DNA of 64,000 nt from Eubacteriales bacterium (GTDB lineage: Bacteria > Bacillota > Clostridia > Oscillospirales > CAG-272). This document shows positions 61,181 through 64,000 of this stretch, one piece after another. The position numbers and the translations under genes were made by a program. Under the pieces are notes generated by a model that did not search any database, was not told the DNA's origin, and saw only the letters and a program-made list of their open reading frames with translations. The stretch is taken from positions 1,808-65,807 of the forward strand of contig JAZULL010000100.1 in NCBI GenBank assembly GCA_045603085.1, in the 5' to 3' direction. The stretch's first letter is position 1, and each line of letters begins with the position of its first letter.

Positions 61181-62542
61181 ATGAAAAAGCAATTCTTGCG
61201 AATCGTTACTCTTTTAGTATGCAGTATCATGCTGGTTTCCTGCAATCCCCGGCAATCCGATCTTCCTATGGCAGAGCAGATCTCCCAAAAAGCGGATCAG
61301 GCAATGTCACGCGTCAAGAGCTACCGCACGGACATGGAGATGCACTACTCCTTTTTTGTCGATGACACAAAAATGAGGGGCACGTTAAATGGCATCCTGA
61401 TTGAGGATCAGGGTAAGGGCCGGGGAGATTACTATTACTATTCCGAAACGTCTCACAGTCTGACGGTTGGCTCTATTCACAATCCAACCAAAACAAGGAT
61501 TCTGAATGCATATTATGATGGAACAGCATTCTCGTCAGTCACGCAGGGCAAAACCATTATCAAGCTCTGCTCTCCCATGTCCGCATCCGGCTACCGAAAA
61601 TATCAGCTGCAGCACAGCGCGGTCGCAGACGTGGATTATACCAATTGCAAAAACGTCTCGTACTCCACCTCCGAGGACGGATACACGCTGACTTATTCGG
61701 GATACGACCCGCAGGATCTTTTGGAGCTGCTTTCCAACTCGGGGCTTGACGAGCAGACCCTTGGCGCGGCTCCCGATGACATGAACGTTGTTTTGGAGAT
61801 CGACGATCAATATCTGCCTATCAGTATTTCCATGGAAATGGTATTCGTAGCCTCATCCCCCATAAAAGAGCCTCCTACGTTTGAAATCTACATGGAATTC
61901 TCTGAATTCAACCAAGCACAGCGCATTACCAATACCATTGAGCTTGAGGATTACACGAAAATTCCCGATCTGCGCTTGCTGGACGGGCTGGAGAAATTGA
62001 TTTATGACAGAATCAAGTCGCGCGAAAGCTCCTTTACCTATGTGACCAATGAGGAGTTGAACACCAAAACGACCGTCCGCAAAAGCAACATGCAAGGCGG
62101 CGGTACCTGCTACAACACAAAAGACGGATTTGAATGTGACATACTGATCTCCTCCGAGTCGGTCAACCGCATCGACGTTGAATACAGCAACGGAGAGCTT
62201 AATCTGTTTAACGGCAGAAGATACGATGATCAAAAGATGGACGACGAGCAAGCGCAGGAATACGTATATTCCCTGCTCGCGCTGGGATATGATCCCGCCA
62301 GCGTCGTCAATATTGAAAAAACCAAGCACGGTTATCTGGTCACCATGCTCTCTACAAAGAGCAGCGCACCTGCGCAATCGCTCTCTCAGTCCGGTATCCA
62401 ATACGACTCGGGAACATACACCATAGAGTTTGTCATCAAGTGGGGAAAGCTCTCCTCTGTGACAAGTAATTTCTTCGCAAACTGCTCCTTAAGCGGCGTC
62501 TCTTTAACGTATGAGAGCGTCACATCGGTGGCATTTGACTAA
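61181..62542 (+). CDS. hypothetical lipoprotein (453 aa), A/T-richer than its neighbours
   Basis: Lipobox MLVSC. No catalytic motif was recognised. Sampled 60-nt lines give 22/60 and 23/60 G+C, against 40/60 in the adjacent pfk. Confidence 0.75.
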   Translation: MKKQFLRIVTLLVCSIMLVSCNPRQSDLPMAEQISQKADQAMSRVKSYRTDMEMHYSFFVDDTKMRGTLNGILIEDQGKGRGDYYYYSETSHSLTVGSIHNPTKTRILNAYYDGTAFSSVTQGKTIIKLCSPMSASGYRKYQLQHSAVADVDYTNCKNVSYSTSEDGYTLTYSGYDPQDLLELLSNSGLDEQTLGAAPDDMNVVLEIDDQYLPISISMEMVFVASSPIKEPPTFEIYMEFSEFNQAQRITNTIELEDYTKIPDLRLLDGLEKLIYDRIKSRESSFTYVTNEELNTKTTVRKSNMQGGGTCYNTKDGFECDILISSESVNRIDVEYSNGELNLFNGRRYDDQKMDDEQAQEYVYSLLALGYDPASVVNIEKTKHGYLVTMLSTKSSAPAQSLSQSGIQYDSGTYTIEFVIKWGKLSSVTSNFFANCSLSGVSLTYESVTSVAFD

Positions 62543-62557
62543 AATTTCCAACAAGCA

Positions 62558-62581
62558 AAGCCCCTGCTGCGGCAGGGGCTT
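62558..62581 (+). terminator. intrinsic terminator
   Basis: AAGCCCCTGC-TGCG-GCAGGGGCTT followed by TCTCTCGCCTTTTTT. Confidence 0.75.
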
Positions 62582-62672
62582 TCTCTCGCCTTTTTTGGGG
62601 GGTATTGTGTCAAGCCATGGGTGAATTTTTGTCAAAAAAACAAGTTGACAAGGTCGGCTAAGGAGTGGTATA

Positions 62673-64000
62673 ATGAGAATGGTATTGGCAATTTGGTCTC
62701 ATACTAATTCACACGAAAGCGGGGTGACTCTCTTGCGCAAGGAAGAAAACAACGAGCCGGACGAGCTCGAAGAGAAGGAACAGAAAAACGCTTATCAACA
62801 AAAACCACCCGCCCCCCGACAGTGTGACGACGAGGACGAGCAAGAGAAAGCCGAGCGCGAGCTGGACGAGCAGTTTGAGCGCGAGGAGGAGGAGCAGGAG
62901 CGCGAGGTTGAGCAGGACGAGCAGGCTTTGGCCGAGGACGAAATGCCCGATTCCTACGAGGAGATCATCGAGGACACCTTCGAGAGCTTAGAGGATCTGC
63001 TTGACAACAAAAAATACGCCGATTTTGTGCGTGAGCTGGAAAAGCTCAACCCGATCGACGCCGCGGATTTCTTTGAAAATCTGCCGCCCAAGCGAATTCC
63101 CGCTGTGTTCCGTCTGCTCAAAAAGGACAGCGCGGCCGAGGTTTTCGCCGAGCTGGATGCACCCATTCAGGAGCGTATCATTTCCGCCATGACAGACCGA
63201 GAGATCGCTGTCATCGTGGAGGATCTGTTCCTTGACGACGCGGTTGACATGCTGACAGAGATGCCTGCCAACATTGTGCGCCGCATCAAGAAAAACACCA
63301 CGCCCGAGACCCGTGCGCAGATCAACCGTCTGCTTGCCTACCCCGAGGACAGTGCGGGTAGCGTGATGACCTCCGAGTTTGTGGATCTTCGCAAGTCCAT
63401 GACGGTATCCGAGGCCATCAAGCACATCAGACAGACCGGTATTGACAAGGAAACCGTCTACACCGCGTACGTCATTGACGAGAGTCGCATCCTGGAGGGT
63501 ATCGTATCCTTCAAGGATCTGCTGTTCTCCGGTCGCGACGAGCTGATCGGCGACATCATGGAGCCCAATATTATTTATGCAAACACGCTCGACGACCAGG
63601 AAACGGTTGCCGATATCATTGCAAAGTACAATCTGTTATCTCTACCCATCGTGGACCGTGAGCTGCGTCTGGTCGGTATCGTAACCGTCGACGACGCGCT
63701 GGACGTCATTGAAGAAGAGACCACAGAGGACATCGAAAAGATGGCGGCAATTTTGCCGACCGACAAGCCTTATATGCGCACGAGCGTTTGGGAGAACTTC
63801 AAGAAGCGTATTCCGTGGCTGCTGCTTCTGATGCTGACCGCGACCTTTACCGGCACCATCATCACCATGCTGGAGGGCAAGATCGACGCGCTGGATTTCC
63901 CTCTTGTGCTGTCGCTCTCGGCATTCATCCCCATGCTGATGAGTACGGGCGGTAATGCGGGCGGACAGTCGTCGGTCACGGTCATTCGTGCGCTCTCGCT
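62673..64000 (+). CDS. mgtE: magnesium transporter MgtE, 5' portion (continues past window end), with an acidic N-terminal extension
   Basis: The frame is open from the stop at 62646 to the window end, so it is absent from the ORF track. AAGGAG lies 7 nt before ATG 62673. It shows the MgtE N-domain (DAADFFENLP...AEVFAELD), two CBS domains and the first TM region PMLMSTGGNAGGQSS. Alternative starts are GTG 62724 and TTG 62733. Confidence 0.85.
   Translation, partial: MRMVLAIWSHTNSHESGVTLLRKEENNEPDELEEKEQKNAYQQKPPAPRQCDDEDEQEKAERELDEQFEREEEEQEREVEQDEQALAEDEMPDSYEEIIEDTFESLEDLLDNKKYADFVRELEKLNPIDAADFFENLPPKRIPAVFRLLKKDSAAEVFAELDAPIQERIISAMTDREIAVIVEDLFLDDAVDMLTEMPANIVRRIKKNTTPETRAQINRLLAYPEDSAGSVMTSEFVDLRKSMTVSEAIKHIRQTGIDKETVYTAYVIDESRILEGIVSFKDLLFSGRDELIGDIMEPNIIYANTLDDQETVADIIAKYNLLSLPIVDRELRLVGIVTVDDALDVIEEETTEDIEKMAAILPTDKPYMRTSVWENFKKRIPWLLLLMLTATFTGTIITMLEGKIDALDFPLVLSLSAFIPMLMSTGGNAGGQSSVTVIRALS

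Noticed and set aside
62543-62672. M-box (ykoK) magnesium riboswitch upstream of mgtE.
   Set aside because: The gap is only ~130 nt. Most of it is taken up by the upstream terminator and a promoter/RBS. I could not see the long multi-helix M-box architecture. An Rfam scan would settle it.
1-64000. Search for rRNA, tRNA, tmRNA, transposases, integrases, phage genes and toxin-antitoxin pairs.
   Set aside because: No cloverleaf-like or rRNA-like segments were seen in any intergenic gap of 130 nt or more. No ORF shows DDE, tyrosine or serine recombinase motifs or phage structural motifs. The window looks like core chromosome.

Overview
This is a 64-kb chromosomal window from a G+C-rich, apparently spore-forming Firmicute. 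The Clostridia-like assignment is an inference from gene content and protein style. I support 58 protein-coding genes, two of them cut by the window edges. I found no rRNA, tRNA, CRISPR, transposase or integrase. From left to right the window holds: a two-component system (partial HK plus RR); a QueG-like Fe-S protein coupled to addB-addA; an orphan minus-strand gene; a PHP phosphoesterase plus a MutS-paralog ATPase; an AsnC regulator plus aminotransferase; an exported surface protein followed by a repeat-rich, structured 3' region; a GntR(YtrA-like)-ABC transporter operon; a membrane-anchored MerR; a nagB operon with a DUF1385 protein; and yajC. A ~16-kb minus-strand run follows. It contains a tandem array of five paralogous lipoproteins, which is the most interesting locus, then GT2, an rlmA-like methyltransferase, a Toprim protein, uppP, a U32 peptidase, an ispH-S1 fusion, plsC, cmk, an FAD protein and RpiR. 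After that come a second murE paralog and a dcw cluster (mraZ-rsmH-ftsL-like-PBP-murE-murF-mraY-ftsW-murG-ftsQ-ftsZ) that lacks murD, murC and ftsA. The window ends with a GerA-family gene, an SDR, a phosphofructokinase, an A/T-richer lipoprotein gene and the 5' part of mgtE. Eight gene pairs overlap by ATGA, which suggests translational coupling. All functional calls come from reading motifs in the supplied translations and the raw sequence. No database search or folding program was available, so family names are recognition from memory and need confirmation.
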